A DNA stretch of 34,138 nucleotides from a virus (taxonomy: Duplodnaviria > Caudoviricetes), in IMG/VR virus record IMGVR_UViG_3300005805_000256, positions 1 through 34,138 of that record. One strand, written 5' to 3'. The position numbers and the translations under genes were made by a program. Below the pieces are notes generated by a model, which was not told the DNA's origin, did not search any database, and saw only the letters and a program-made list of their open reading frames with translations. Shown here in pieces: positions 1-8,632 of this stretch (the first letter of the stretch is position 1; each line of letters begins with the position of its first letter).

Positions 1-624
1 GCAGGTCGTATTGGTGCAGGAATTTCTAGTGCAGTGAGAAGCGTTCCTGGTGTAGTTAGATCTGCTGGGCAAAGGATTGTAGACACGAATTCTGCTATCC
101 GTGCAAGAGTTTCTGGCTTTGGCAGAGGTCTTTTTTCAAATGCTGAAGAAGCAGCTAATGCTATTTCAAGAAGAGAAGCCAATTTAAGAAACGCAGCTGC
201 TCAACAGAATTTCAGGGGACCTGGTCGTGGAGCAGCAAAAAGGTCTGCTACTCAAGAATCTTTAAGAAAAGGCTTTCAGCCTGAATATGCGTCAGCTGTA
301 GAATTTGGTCAACGAGTTAGGCAGTCAATTTCTAATGCTCCAGGAAACATTAGGAGCGGCTTTACGCAAATGTCTAGATTTGCAAAAAGTGATGACTTCC
401 CAATTTTCAAGACATCTATTGCGGCTGGTGCCGCAGCAGGGATAGCAGTAGGCCTAGCTGAATCAGATTATAGAACCTTTTCAGGTAGAGGATTTGAAGG
501 CAATATCACAAGTATGTCCTCTACTGCAGGACAAGGAATTAGCCCAGAACTCCAATTTAGCACACAAGGTCTGATGTTTGCTTTACATAGAAACAATAAA
601 AATAGTAGATCGAGGTATCAATAA
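1..624 (+). CDS. 5'-truncated hypothetical protein (>207 aa), Ala/Gly/Arg-rich with one hydrophobic segment; candidate internal virion/ejection protein
   Basis: Frame is open from base 1 (GCA GGT CGT...), so GTG at 34 is probably not the true start. Hydrophobic stretch IAAGAAAGIAVGLA at 418..459; no Cys; stop overlaps the next start (TAATG). Function is inference. Confidence 0.75.
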   Translation, partial: AGRIGAGISSAVRSVPGVVRSAGQRIVDTNSAIRARVSGFGRGLFSNAEEAANAISRREANLRNAAAQQNFRGPGRGAAKRSATQESLRKGFQPEYASAVEFGQRVRQSISNAPGNIRSGFTQMSRFAKSDDFPIFKTSIAAGAAAGIAVGLAESDYRTFSGRGFEGNITSMSSTAGQGISPELQFSTQGLMFALHRNNKNSRSRYQ

Positions 625-1229
625 TGCCGGGTTTAGATTATTTAGGTGAATCATATGATCCTAGAAGTGAATCATATTTTGGATTCAATTCTTTTAAGCC
701 GTTAGCAGTAGAACTAGGTGCACAATTTGGTGCATCATATCTATTAAAAAAGAATTTTACGAAAAAAGGTTTAATATATCTAGCTAAAGGTTCCAATAAA
801 GAGTACATGTCTGCTTTAGATGAAGCTAGAGTATTTACTGGAGCTAGCTCAACGGCAGAAGCTGGTACATTTTCTGACTTTAATAGAATTAAACAAAACG
901 TTCATAAAAAAACAGTTAGAGAAGTCAGCCGTAGAAGCAGAAAGTTTGCAAAAACTTTAGATAAAGCAAATAAAGCATTTGGTGTAGTAGGACTTGGTAT
1001 ACTTGCATATCAAGGGACAAAATATTTATTTACTTCATCACGTGCTTTTTCAATGGGAACCGAAGAATATGAAAAGTCTAGATATAGAAATCTATATTCT
1101 GGTGGCGATGAGTATTTTGATTCAAGGGCTGCTATGACACAGCGTCAAAGGGCAATACAAGTAATACACAACTCGCAAATGAGTACAAGAGCTGCATTTG
1201 GCAATGAAGCCTCATATATGCACTATTAA
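624..1229 (+). CDS. hypothetical protein (201 aa) with one hydrophobic segment; candidate virion/ejection protein
   Basis: TAATG-coupled ORF. AFGVVGLGILAY hydrophobic stretch at 975..1010; C-terminal TQRQRAIQVIHNSQMSTRAAFGNEA; no Cys. Confidence 0.8.
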   Translation: MPGLDYLGESYDPRSESYFGFNSFKPLAVELGAQFGASYLLKKNFTKKGLIYLAKGSNKEYMSALDEARVFTGASSTAEAGTFSDFNRIKQNVHKKTVREVSRRSRKFAKTLDKANKAFGVVGLGILAYQGTKYLFTSSRAFSMGTEEYEKSRYRNLYSGGDEYFDSRAAMTQRQRAIQVIHNSQMSTRAAFGNEASYMHY

Positions 1230-1230
1230 A

Positions 1231-2286
1231 ATGTTAAACGACAAAAACGAAAATATAAATAATCTATTAAAAGAAGTCCAACGTCTTTTGCTCCATGGTC
1301 TTGGAAGAAGATCTATAGCAAAAGAACTTGGGATAACACAATGGCACGCAAGGCAATTAATTGAAAAAATTAAGTCTGGTGAATACCGCGATTTATATTT
1401 CAAAAAAGAAAATGTCCCAAATAAAATCACAAAGGTAAGCATTGATAATTCTAATAACCTATCTAAAAAAACTGACATAAGAATTGGTGCCCCAAATATA
1501 TCAGTCAAGGCTCAGCCATCTGCTATAGATGACTTTTTAGAGATTAAAACTTATCCGGTCGGGTTAAAAGTAGCAGTATTATCTGATATACATCTACCAT
1601 ATGAGGACACTAAAGCTGTTGAGCTTACCAAGGCTTTTTTGAAAGACTGGGATCCTGATATGATCATTTTAAATGGTGACATATGTGATTTTTATCAAGT
1701 GTCGTCATATGATAAAGAAAACAAAAATAGACCATCGTTTCAAGAAGAGATTACTTATTCAAATCAATGGCTGGGCAGGCTAGTTGATGAATTTCCAAAA
1801 ACAGAAATAAAAATGACAGAAGGAAATCATTGCAATAGATTGTCACGCTATCTAACAAAAAATGCCGCATCTTTAAAAGATCTCCATGCTCTATCTATTG
1901 ACAGCCTTCTTGGCCTTAGAGAAAAAGGAATTGAATGGATAACTGGCGATAAAGATATCCAAATTGGTGATTTGATGATTATGCATGGACAATCATCTAG
2001 GAAAGATGCAGGTTCTAGTGTAAAGCATCATTATTCTATGTATGGATCTTCTATTTTAATAGGGCATATTCATAGAGGATCTATTGCATACAAAAGAACT
2101 AAACAAGGTATTTCAACGTTAATTGAAAACCCTTGTTTATGCGATTTATCTGTAGATTACTGCAGATTCCCTGATTGGGTGCAAGGGTTTACTACTCTTG
2201 TATTCTCTGGAAATATGTTTAGTGCACAGACAAGGCTTATACAAAACTATACTTTAATTACAGACAGTAAAGTTTATACAGCATAA
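1231..2286 (+). CDS. calcineurin-like metallophosphoesterase with N-terminal helix-turn-helix (351 aa)
   Basis: All five metallophosphoesterase motifs are present: SDIH, NGDICD, EGNH, MHG, GHIH. The N-terminal segment GLGRRSIAKELGITQWHARQLI is HTH-like. Start moved to ATG 1231, just after the upstream stop at 1229. Confidence 0.9.
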   Translation: MLNDKNENINNLLKEVQRLLLHGLGRRSIAKELGITQWHARQLIEKIKSGEYRDLYFKKENVPNKITKVSIDNSNNLSKKTDIRIGAPNISVKAQPSAIDDFLEIKTYPVGLKVAVLSDIHLPYEDTKAVELTKAFLKDWDPDMIILNGDICDFYQVSSYDKENKNRPSFQEEITYSNQWLGRLVDEFPKTEIKMTEGNHCNRLSRYLTKNAASLKDLHALSIDSLLGLREKGIEWITGDKDIQIGDLMIMHGQSSRKDAGSSVKHHYSMYGSSILIGHIHRGSIAYKRTKQGISTLIENPCLCDLSVDYCRFPDWVQGFTTLVFSGNMFSAQTRLIQNYTLITDSKVYTA

Positions 2287-4241
2287 TGTCTGATCAAAAT
2301 CAAAATCCAACGGATGTTAATCAGCAGTATATTGCAGAACGTCCATATAAAGAAAATGGTTATCAGCCATTTAAAAAGCCATTTGGCGATTTATGCGGAA
2401 ACTGCGAGCTTTATTATGGAACTTTATTTGCAAAAGGGATAACAAATAACAGTTTTCCAATTAAATGCAAGAAACATGTTCTTGCAGAATTAGATGGAAT
2501 TACCGAAAAGGATTTTGAGAAGACTGAAGAATATAATGAATTTCTCGTACAAGCAGACCCAGTAAGTTGGGCATATTTTTATTTTGGATGGGAAGCAAGA
2601 TGGTATCAAGAAGAGATGCTAGATTGCACAGCTGATAAAAAAGTAATCAGAGCAGGGCGTCGTCTTGGAAAAACCGCAGCTTTAGTTATACTTTGTTTAT
2701 GGAAAATATTTACAAACAATAATTATAGCATCCTGGTAATTGCACCATATCAAGCACAGGTAGATAAAATATTTGATGAATTTGAAAAAATGCTTGCTAC
2801 AAGCCAGGTTCTTTCAGCTTCAATAAAAAGAAAAAGCAAAAGCCCAAATCAAAGATTGGAGCTTTTTAATGGCTCTAAGATTCTAGGATTCCCATCTGGT
2901 GCTAAATCTGCCACTGGTGCAGACAAGATCCGTGGCCAAGACTCTAATCTAATAGTTCTTGACGAAGCAGATTATTTAAGTGATTCTGACCTAGAAGCAA
3001 TTCTTGCAATTTTAGCGTCTCACCCAGATTGTGGCCTATGGGCTTCATCTACTCCAACCGGTAAACATGCCAAATTTTATATTTGGTGTAGGGACAAAAA
3101 TTTAGGATTTAAAGAATTCCATTATATATCAGCGGAGTCTCCTTCGTGGACTCCAGAAGCTGAAGCGTTATTCAGAGGTACCTATGACTCTATTTCCTAT
3201 GAGCATGAATTCGAAGCTGAGTTTGGTTTACAGTCTCAAGGAGTTTTTAGAAACGACTTAATAGATAAGTCCTTAAAAAACTACAGCTTGCCGAAACCAA
3301 GATCTTCTCCTCAATCAAGGATTGTAATGGGAGTAGATTGGAATGGAGAAGCTAATGGTGTTCATATTATTATAACTGAGTACTGGGAAGGCAAATATAG
3401 GGTAATCTGCAAAGAAATAGTCAAGGATGGTGAATTTACTCAACATTCTGCAATAGATAGAATTGCCGAATTAGATGCCGAATATGCATGCGATTTTATT
3501 TATGTAGATGAAGGCTATGGAAGAGTCCAGGTAGAAATGCTTCATAGAAAAGGTATTTCTAATCCACAAAGTGGCTTACATAAAAAAGTAAAGCCTTATG
3601 CATTTGGTAAGCAAATTGAGATTAGAGACCCAAGAACTGGTATCCTAATAAAAAAACCAGCAAAACCATTCTGCGTAAATATTAGCGTTCTTCAATTAGA
3701 AGAAGATCGTTTAGTTTTACCGCTATCAGAAGATACCCAGGTATTAGTAAAGTCAAAAGACAACGAGTCTGGAAATAAGTCTCCAGGCCTAGTTCAGCAA
3801 ATGAGAAATTTTTCAATCGAGAGAGTATCTGTCCTTGGATTGCCAACTTATAGCCAAGGAGATGACCATACCTTATTTGCATTTATGCTTTCTATTGTTG
3901 GGTTTGTCCTAGAATTCTCAGACCTTAGAAAAATAAGCATTTCTAATAGGATCTACTCTCTTGGAGTAGGCGATGGAGGGACTTTAAAGGTTACGAATAA
4001 CTCAACTGGACAAGACGCCTTAAAAGGCCCAATAGTTAGACAGCTTGATGCCGGAATGCCAAAACAAGCAATGTCAAAAAATATGTCTAGTAATTTTCAG
4101 AGCTTTTCAGCAAAAGAGTCATTGCAGAAAAAGATTGAGCAAGGCTCAAGACAAACAATACGCAATCATTACGATCCTCGGAATATAAATAGAGGTGGCT
4201 TTACGAATAAAAAAAATAGGCCAGGAAGAAATACATTCTAA
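2286..4241 (+). CDS. terL: terminase large subunit (651 aa)
   Basis: Adenine-binding YQ motif, Walker A RAGRRLGKT, Walker B LIVLDEAD, coupling motif STP, and RNase H-like nuclease motifs GVDW / VDEG / GDDH. Lies upstream of the portal. Confidence 0.96.
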   Translation: MSDQNQNPTDVNQQYIAERPYKENGYQPFKKPFGDLCGNCELYYGTLFAKGITNNSFPIKCKKHVLAELDGITEKDFEKTEEYNEFLVQADPVSWAYFYFGWEARWYQEEMLDCTADKKVIRAGRRLGKTAALVILCLWKIFTNNNYSILVIAPYQAQVDKIFDEFEKMLATSQVLSASIKRKSKSPNQRLELFNGSKILGFPSGAKSATGADKIRGQDSNLIVLDEADYLSDSDLEAILAILASHPDCGLWASSTPTGKHAKFYIWCRDKNLGFKEFHYISAESPSWTPEAEALFRGTYDSISYEHEFEAEFGLQSQGVFRNDLIDKSLKNYSLPKPRSSPQSRIVMGVDWNGEANGVHIIITEYWEGKYRVICKEIVKDGEFTQHSAIDRIAELDAEYACDFIYVDEGYGRVQVEMLHRKGISNPQSGLHKKVKPYAFGKQIEIRDPRTGILIKKPAKPFCVNISVLQLEEDRLVLPLSEDTQVLVKSKDNESGNKSPGLVQQMRNFSIERVSVLGLPTYSQGDDHTLFAFMLSIVGFVLEFSDLRKISISNRIYSLGVGDGGTLKVTNNSTGQDALKGPIVRQLDAGMPKQAMSKNMSSNFQSFSAKESLQKKIEQGSRQTIRNHYDPRNINRGGFTNKKNRPGRNTF

Positions 4242-6181
4242 TGTCATTAGATTATTCAGGAATTCCAAACTTAGATAGAAATAGAAAAGTCTTTACTGAA
4301 GTCCCAACAAGGAATCAGCTAGATTCTGCATTAAGTAAAGAGTCTCCTTCTGTTGATGAAGAGGACATTCTTTTTGATGATGTAATAAGGACATTCCTAA
4401 AAGGCGAAGCTTTAAAGGAAGCTATTGGAAATATGGACCCCAATGGCTTTATCCCGGTAGAAGAAGAATCTTCCGTAAGAGCATCAATTCAACGACTATT
4501 CCCAGATAGCTCTCCCAGTGTTATTACGTTTGGAATGTTCAAGGAGGCGTGTGATGCTGTGGCACAAGCCAACTTAAACCTTAATGAGGATTGGATATTA
4601 AAATATAACATTACAGATCCAAAGCTTGATCATGCGGCTGTAATAACAAAGTTTAAAGATATTGACAAAAGTGGGAATGATTGGATAACTGCATTTTTAG
4701 ATATGCTAAGCCCATTTGCTGGCATATTAATAGCTGGTGCATTAAATGATATATGGCTTCTTGCCTCTAAATCAATGGGTATAGATACTCATGGCGACAC
4801 TGGCGAGATTAAATCATTTGCCGCTGGAGGCGTGCCATTTGCAATTGCATTACTTGTAGAAATAGGATGGACATTATACGAGTTTAATGCCCTCTTCAAA
4901 GACTCTAAATTGCCAGAAGACATAAAAAATAACATAGAAAAAATGTCTTCTGATCCAAAAGAGCGAAGAAGAATATTAGAAGAAAATGGAATAGATTATT
5001 CAAAAATGCAGCGTAATCAACGTTATAATGATTACGAAGCTATTAGAAACTATTCTTTAACCTATATACAGCGTCATCAAGACAACTTAAATTATCATCA
5101 TTGGGTATGCTACTCTCAAGTAGCCGAATCTCAAGTGCTTACTAGAAGTGCTGCTAGCATGGCTCCAGCATTTTCTGACAAATGGAGAAAGCTTTACAAA
5201 ATAGGGTCTACTGGAGTCGCCCAGGCTTCTACTACAATTACTGAGGTAGGAGAAGAAAATATACTTACCCCAGAAGCTGTACCATATGTAAAAAGTGCAA
5301 TTAACACTAAGTTAAGTGGATATATAAAAAGTCTTAATTCAAAGTTTAATACAGCTTATAATGAAATATACCAGTCATTAAATTTTGAGATAGATCCATG
5401 CCTAGTATGCTGTTTGGTTCATTTTTTTGGGAAAATGAACACGGATATACTTAAAAGGTTGTCAACGCTTTTAAGAATAGCTGGTCTTTCTTTTACAGCA
5501 AGTTTAGCTGAAATATTAGCAAGGCTAATGGAAGGTTTTATTATTGGGATACTAAATATGCTCGTATCTTATTTGTCCCAATTAATAGATAGCCTAGTTC
5601 GCAAAATAAGTGCAGAACTGCAAGAAGTATTGCCACTATTTAATGACTCTAGATGGAGATGCCTTGGTATTCCACCAATAATGCTTGGAATAGATATAGC
5701 AGTAGAATATATATTTGAAATTTTTATTGATATCTTAAAAGCCCTTGAGGGAGTAATTATAGCGCTAGAATCTGGATCAAAAAATTGGGCATTAAATAGC
5801 GCCAGCAGCAAATTGCTAGCTACTATGGCAGTCTGGATTGACAAGCTTGCTAATAAAATCGATTCTGCTCAGACTTTATGTAGCATTGAATCATCTATTG
5901 ATGATGCTACCAGCGATACCTTGGTATCAATTGCTATCGATATGGATAAATTATATCCTGTAATGAAAATGGCAGAAGAAGAAAAACGCAAGCATTTTGC
6001 TGACATTCCAAGTATTGACCTCGAATACCTAGGCACTGAAATCCCAGGCACAGACTCTAACGGAAATAAAAAGTATAGCAAGCCTATACCGGATTGCTTT
6101 GACGATCAAGTTATGCAATTTAATATAAGTATGGGCGCTAAAATTACTGACATAGTTAATGCAACACCTACGTCAAACTAA
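4241..6181 (+). CDS. hypothetical 646-aa helical protein with several hydrophobic/amphipathic segments
   Basis: Long TAATG-coupled ORF. Hydrophobic stretches such as PFAGILIAGAL, GVPFAIALLVEIG and GFIIGILNMLVSYL; DPCLVCCL cysteine cluster. No family recognised. Confidence 0.85.
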   Translation: MSLDYSGIPNLDRNRKVFTEVPTRNQLDSALSKESPSVDEEDILFDDVIRTFLKGEALKEAIGNMDPNGFIPVEEESSVRASIQRLFPDSSPSVITFGMFKEACDAVAQANLNLNEDWILKYNITDPKLDHAAVITKFKDIDKSGNDWITAFLDMLSPFAGILIAGALNDIWLLASKSMGIDTHGDTGEIKSFAAGGVPFAIALLVEIGWTLYEFNALFKDSKLPEDIKNNIEKMSSDPKERRRILEENGIDYSKMQRNQRYNDYEAIRNYSLTYIQRHQDNLNYHHWVCYSQVAESQVLTRSAASMAPAFSDKWRKLYKIGSTGVAQASTTITEVGEENILTPEAVPYVKSAINTKLSGYIKSLNSKFNTAYNEIYQSLNFEIDPCLVCCLVHFFGKMNTDILKRLSTLLRIAGLSFTASLAEILARLMEGFIIGILNMLVSYLSQLIDSLVRKISAELQEVLPLFNDSRWRCLGIPPIMLGIDIAVEYIFEIFIDILKALEGVIIALESGSKNWALNSASSKLLATMAVWIDKLANKIDSAQTLCSIESSIDDATSDTLVSIAIDMDKLYPVMKMAEEEKRKHFADIPSIDLEYLGTEIPGTDSNGNKKYSKPIPDCFDDQVMQFNISMGAKITDIVNATPTSN

Positions 6182-6198
6182 AGATAGGTATAAATTAA

Positions 6199-8460
6199 AT
6201 GGATTTATTTGGGTTTAAAATAGTTAAAAAGGAAGAATATAATGCTTTAAGCAATAAGGCTGGCCTTTTTAACAAAGAAATTAATGATATTAAACTTGCT
6301 TTAGGGAATATAAATGAATCCAGGCAAATAGAGCAGGCTATTCAAGAGCGTCGAAGAACTTTGCCGCAACCATTATTTTATAGAACTAGCTCTCCAACTG
6401 CAGAGACTATTCCCAATAGAAAAAGCATTAAAAATATTTATTATAACTCAGGTTATGATTTAGCTGAAATAGGTCGTGCTGTAGACGTTGAACCATATAT
6501 AAATCAAAGCATTAGAAAGCATAGAGAACAGATTATGAAATCTGGTTTCTCAGTTTTTTGCGAAGATGATGAAATTAAAGATTATTTAAATAGACGTTTA
6601 TTTGAAATGTTCTTAGTTTCTGGTGTTACAACCGAACAATGGCTAAGAGAGTTTGTAACGAATCTGGTTACGTATGGGACAGCGTTTCTTGTTGTCAAAC
6701 GGGATCCGAGCCGAGCCAATGGCCAAGCTATAAGAATGCATTCTAAGACGTTAGATCCTATAGCTGCTTTATTCCCATTGGATCCAACTTCAGTATCTGT
6801 TCATATAAATGATCTTGGCTATCCAACAAAATGGCAGCAGCGAATAGAAAATGCTACAAATTCTCAGACCGAACTTTTATTTGACGCTGATGATGTAATT
6901 GTTGCTACAATAGACAAAAAAACAGGGTTTATATTTGGCACTCCATATATCTTGCCAGTATTAGACGATGTCCGGACATTAAGAAGACTGGAAGAGTTGT
7001 CAGAGCTCTTAGCTCAACGAAATACGTTTCCACAAATTCATTATAAAGTTGGAACTGACGAATTCCCAGCTCAAGTTTTTGATGATGGTAGCGATGAAAT
7101 ATCAGTAGTTAGAGCAATGGTCGAAAGTCTTTCTAGGGAAGGCGGACTAGTTACTTCTCATAGAATTGGTGCAGAAATAATCGGTGGAGAACGCCAAACC
7201 TTAGATTTAATACCATATATTCAGTATTTTGAATCTAGAGTTTTAGGTGGACTTAGATTATCTGAAGTAGATTTAGGTAGAGGAAGCTCGTCAAGAGCCT
7301 CTGCAGTAACAGTTTCTCAAGGATTACAAGATTCTGCCAGGGACTTCCAGTCAGTTATATCTGATGTTCTAACAAATTATCTGCTAGTCCCATTGGCCTT
7401 AGAAGGCGGATTTGATCTTATCCCTGGTGAGAATATCCCGCGTTGGGAATTTGAAGAAATGGATGAGGATATGGATAGGGCATTCCAAGCCCATGGAGCT
7501 GATATTTACTTAGCTGGTGGCATTACCCATGAGGAATTCAGAAGAGATTATCTTGGTAAAAAGCCTATTTCTGAAGAAGAAAAACAACTTTTGCACCCTG
7601 AAATGGCTCATCAAAGAAATATGGAAATGCAGAGAATGGCTGGAGAACAGGCTGCACAAAAGGCTGTTGCAAAATCTTCTAGCACTCCAGCTATAAAAAA
7701 TAAAATATCAAATAGAACAAGACCAGCAAACCAATTTGGTAGCAAGTCTTCTAAAACTAAAGTTACTAAAAATTCTTTAGATCTGCTTGCCCAAGCGTAT
7801 TTAAATAACGTAAGTCAGTTTATATCTGATTCGAGGGCACAGATGTGGGAACTTATTGATAAACATCAATTGGGTGTCAATTCTGATGACCCAATGGATC
7901 TTAGCACAAAACAAGAGCAAGTGGACTTTATATTTACGTATTTTATTGACAATAGTTTGATAGAAGCAAGAAAAGCATTAGATCCAGTCATATCTATTGG
8001 CGCAAAAGATTGTATGGCAGATTTAGGGGTTGCTGGAGATTTTGAAATAACAAAAAAATATATTGACAGATTTTATAAAAATTACATAGAAAAAAGTTTC
8101 TCTAAGATTAAAGAAAATGGCATTAAGCTTTTAAATGACAATGAAGCTTTATCTGGTGGAACGGTAGATAGGCCATTGCAATTTTATGTTACAAGTATAT
8201 TTGATGTGCTAAAAGAAGATCTTAAGTCATTGACAGCAAAGCATATAGATCTAGCTTATAGGATTGGGTACGCAAGAACGGCAAGAGCCCATGGTCATAA
8301 GACTATTATATTGCGGCCTGATCAAGACCTGTGGTTCTGCGAAGATTGTGGCGAAAGAGGAGATATTGAAATCTCTTTAGTGGATAAAAATAATTCCTAT
8401 GCAAACAATTTAAGCACTCATGGAAACTGTTCATTTGAGATAACTCTAGGATCTAAATAA
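6199..8460 (+). CDS. portal protein with C-terminal MuF/SPP1 gp7-like extension (753 aa)
   Basis: Portal-type segments NLVTYGTAFLVVKR, LFPLDPTSV, FIFGTPYILPVLDDVRTLR and GGITHEEFRR. Lies between TerL and the protease. C-terminal CEDC...HGNC. Confidence 0.9.
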   Translation: MDLFGFKIVKKEEYNALSNKAGLFNKEINDIKLALGNINESRQIEQAIQERRRTLPQPLFYRTSSPTAETIPNRKSIKNIYYNSGYDLAEIGRAVDVEPYINQSIRKHREQIMKSGFSVFCEDDEIKDYLNRRLFEMFLVSGVTTEQWLREFVTNLVTYGTAFLVVKRDPSRANGQAIRMHSKTLDPIAALFPLDPTSVSVHINDLGYPTKWQQRIENATNSQTELLFDADDVIVATIDKKTGFIFGTPYILPVLDDVRTLRRLEELSELLAQRNTFPQIHYKVGTDEFPAQVFDDGSDEISVVRAMVESLSREGGLVTSHRIGAEIIGGERQTLDLIPYIQYFESRVLGGLRLSEVDLGRGSSSRASAVTVSQGLQDSARDFQSVISDVLTNYLLVPLALEGGFDLIPGENIPRWEFEEMDEDMDRAFQAHGADIYLAGGITHEEFRRDYLGKKPISEEEKQLLHPEMAHQRNMEMQRMAGEQAAQKAVAKSSSTPAIKNKISNRTRPANQFGSKSSKTKVTKNSLDLLAQAYLNNVSQFISDSRAQMWELIDKHQLGVNSDDPMDLSTKQEQVDFIFTYFIDNSLIEARKALDPVISIGAKDCMADLGVAGDFEITKKYIDRFYKNYIEKSFSKIKENGIKLLNDNEALSGGTVDRPLQFYVTSIFDVLKEDLKSLTAKHIDLAYRIGYARTARAHGHKTIILRPDQDLWFCEDCGERGDIEISLVDKNNSYANNLSTHGNCSFEITLGSK

Positions 8461-8464
8461 AATT

Positions 8465-8632
8465 ATGACGGAAAAAAAATCAGGTAATCAAAAAAATGAA
8501 GAGGACGAATTTGATGACCTTGAAACTGCTTCTGACTTAGAAAACGTATACAGAGCCAGAAGAAAAATTAATAAGTCCAGAAAAAAACAAAAAAAACGTA
8601 AAGAAGTTAAACCCAATGAAGAACAAATTTAA
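8465..8632 (+). CDS. small 55-aa protein, acidic N-half and basic C-half (not in ORF track)
   Basis: Manual translation: MTEKKSGNQKNEEDEFDDLETASDLENVYRARRKINKSRKKQKKRKEVKPNEEQI*. Fills the portal-protease gap, starting just after the portal stop and overlapping the protease start. Confidence 0.65.
   Translation: MTEKKSGNQKNEEDEFDDLETASDLENVYRARRKINKSRKKQKKRKEVKPNEEQI

Noticed and set aside
1231-2286. Metallophosphoesterase plus two-barrel polymerase recalls archaeal PolD (DP1 + DP2)
   Set aside because: The genes are over 23 kb apart, the phosphoesterase shows no recognisable DP1 OB-fold region, and the large protein's motifs follow RNAP beta/beta' rather than DP2. Nothing links the two.
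4184-4191. TATAAATA (T4-type late promoter) here and at about 1254 and 19514
   Set aside because: Expected by chance in AT-rich DNA. It lies inside coding regions and is absent upstream of the capsid and sheath genes.
2286-4241. Possible intein or intron in the terminase or other long genes
   Set aside because: Motif spacing is normal, and no intein splice-junction or homing-endonuclease motifs or frame breaks were seen.
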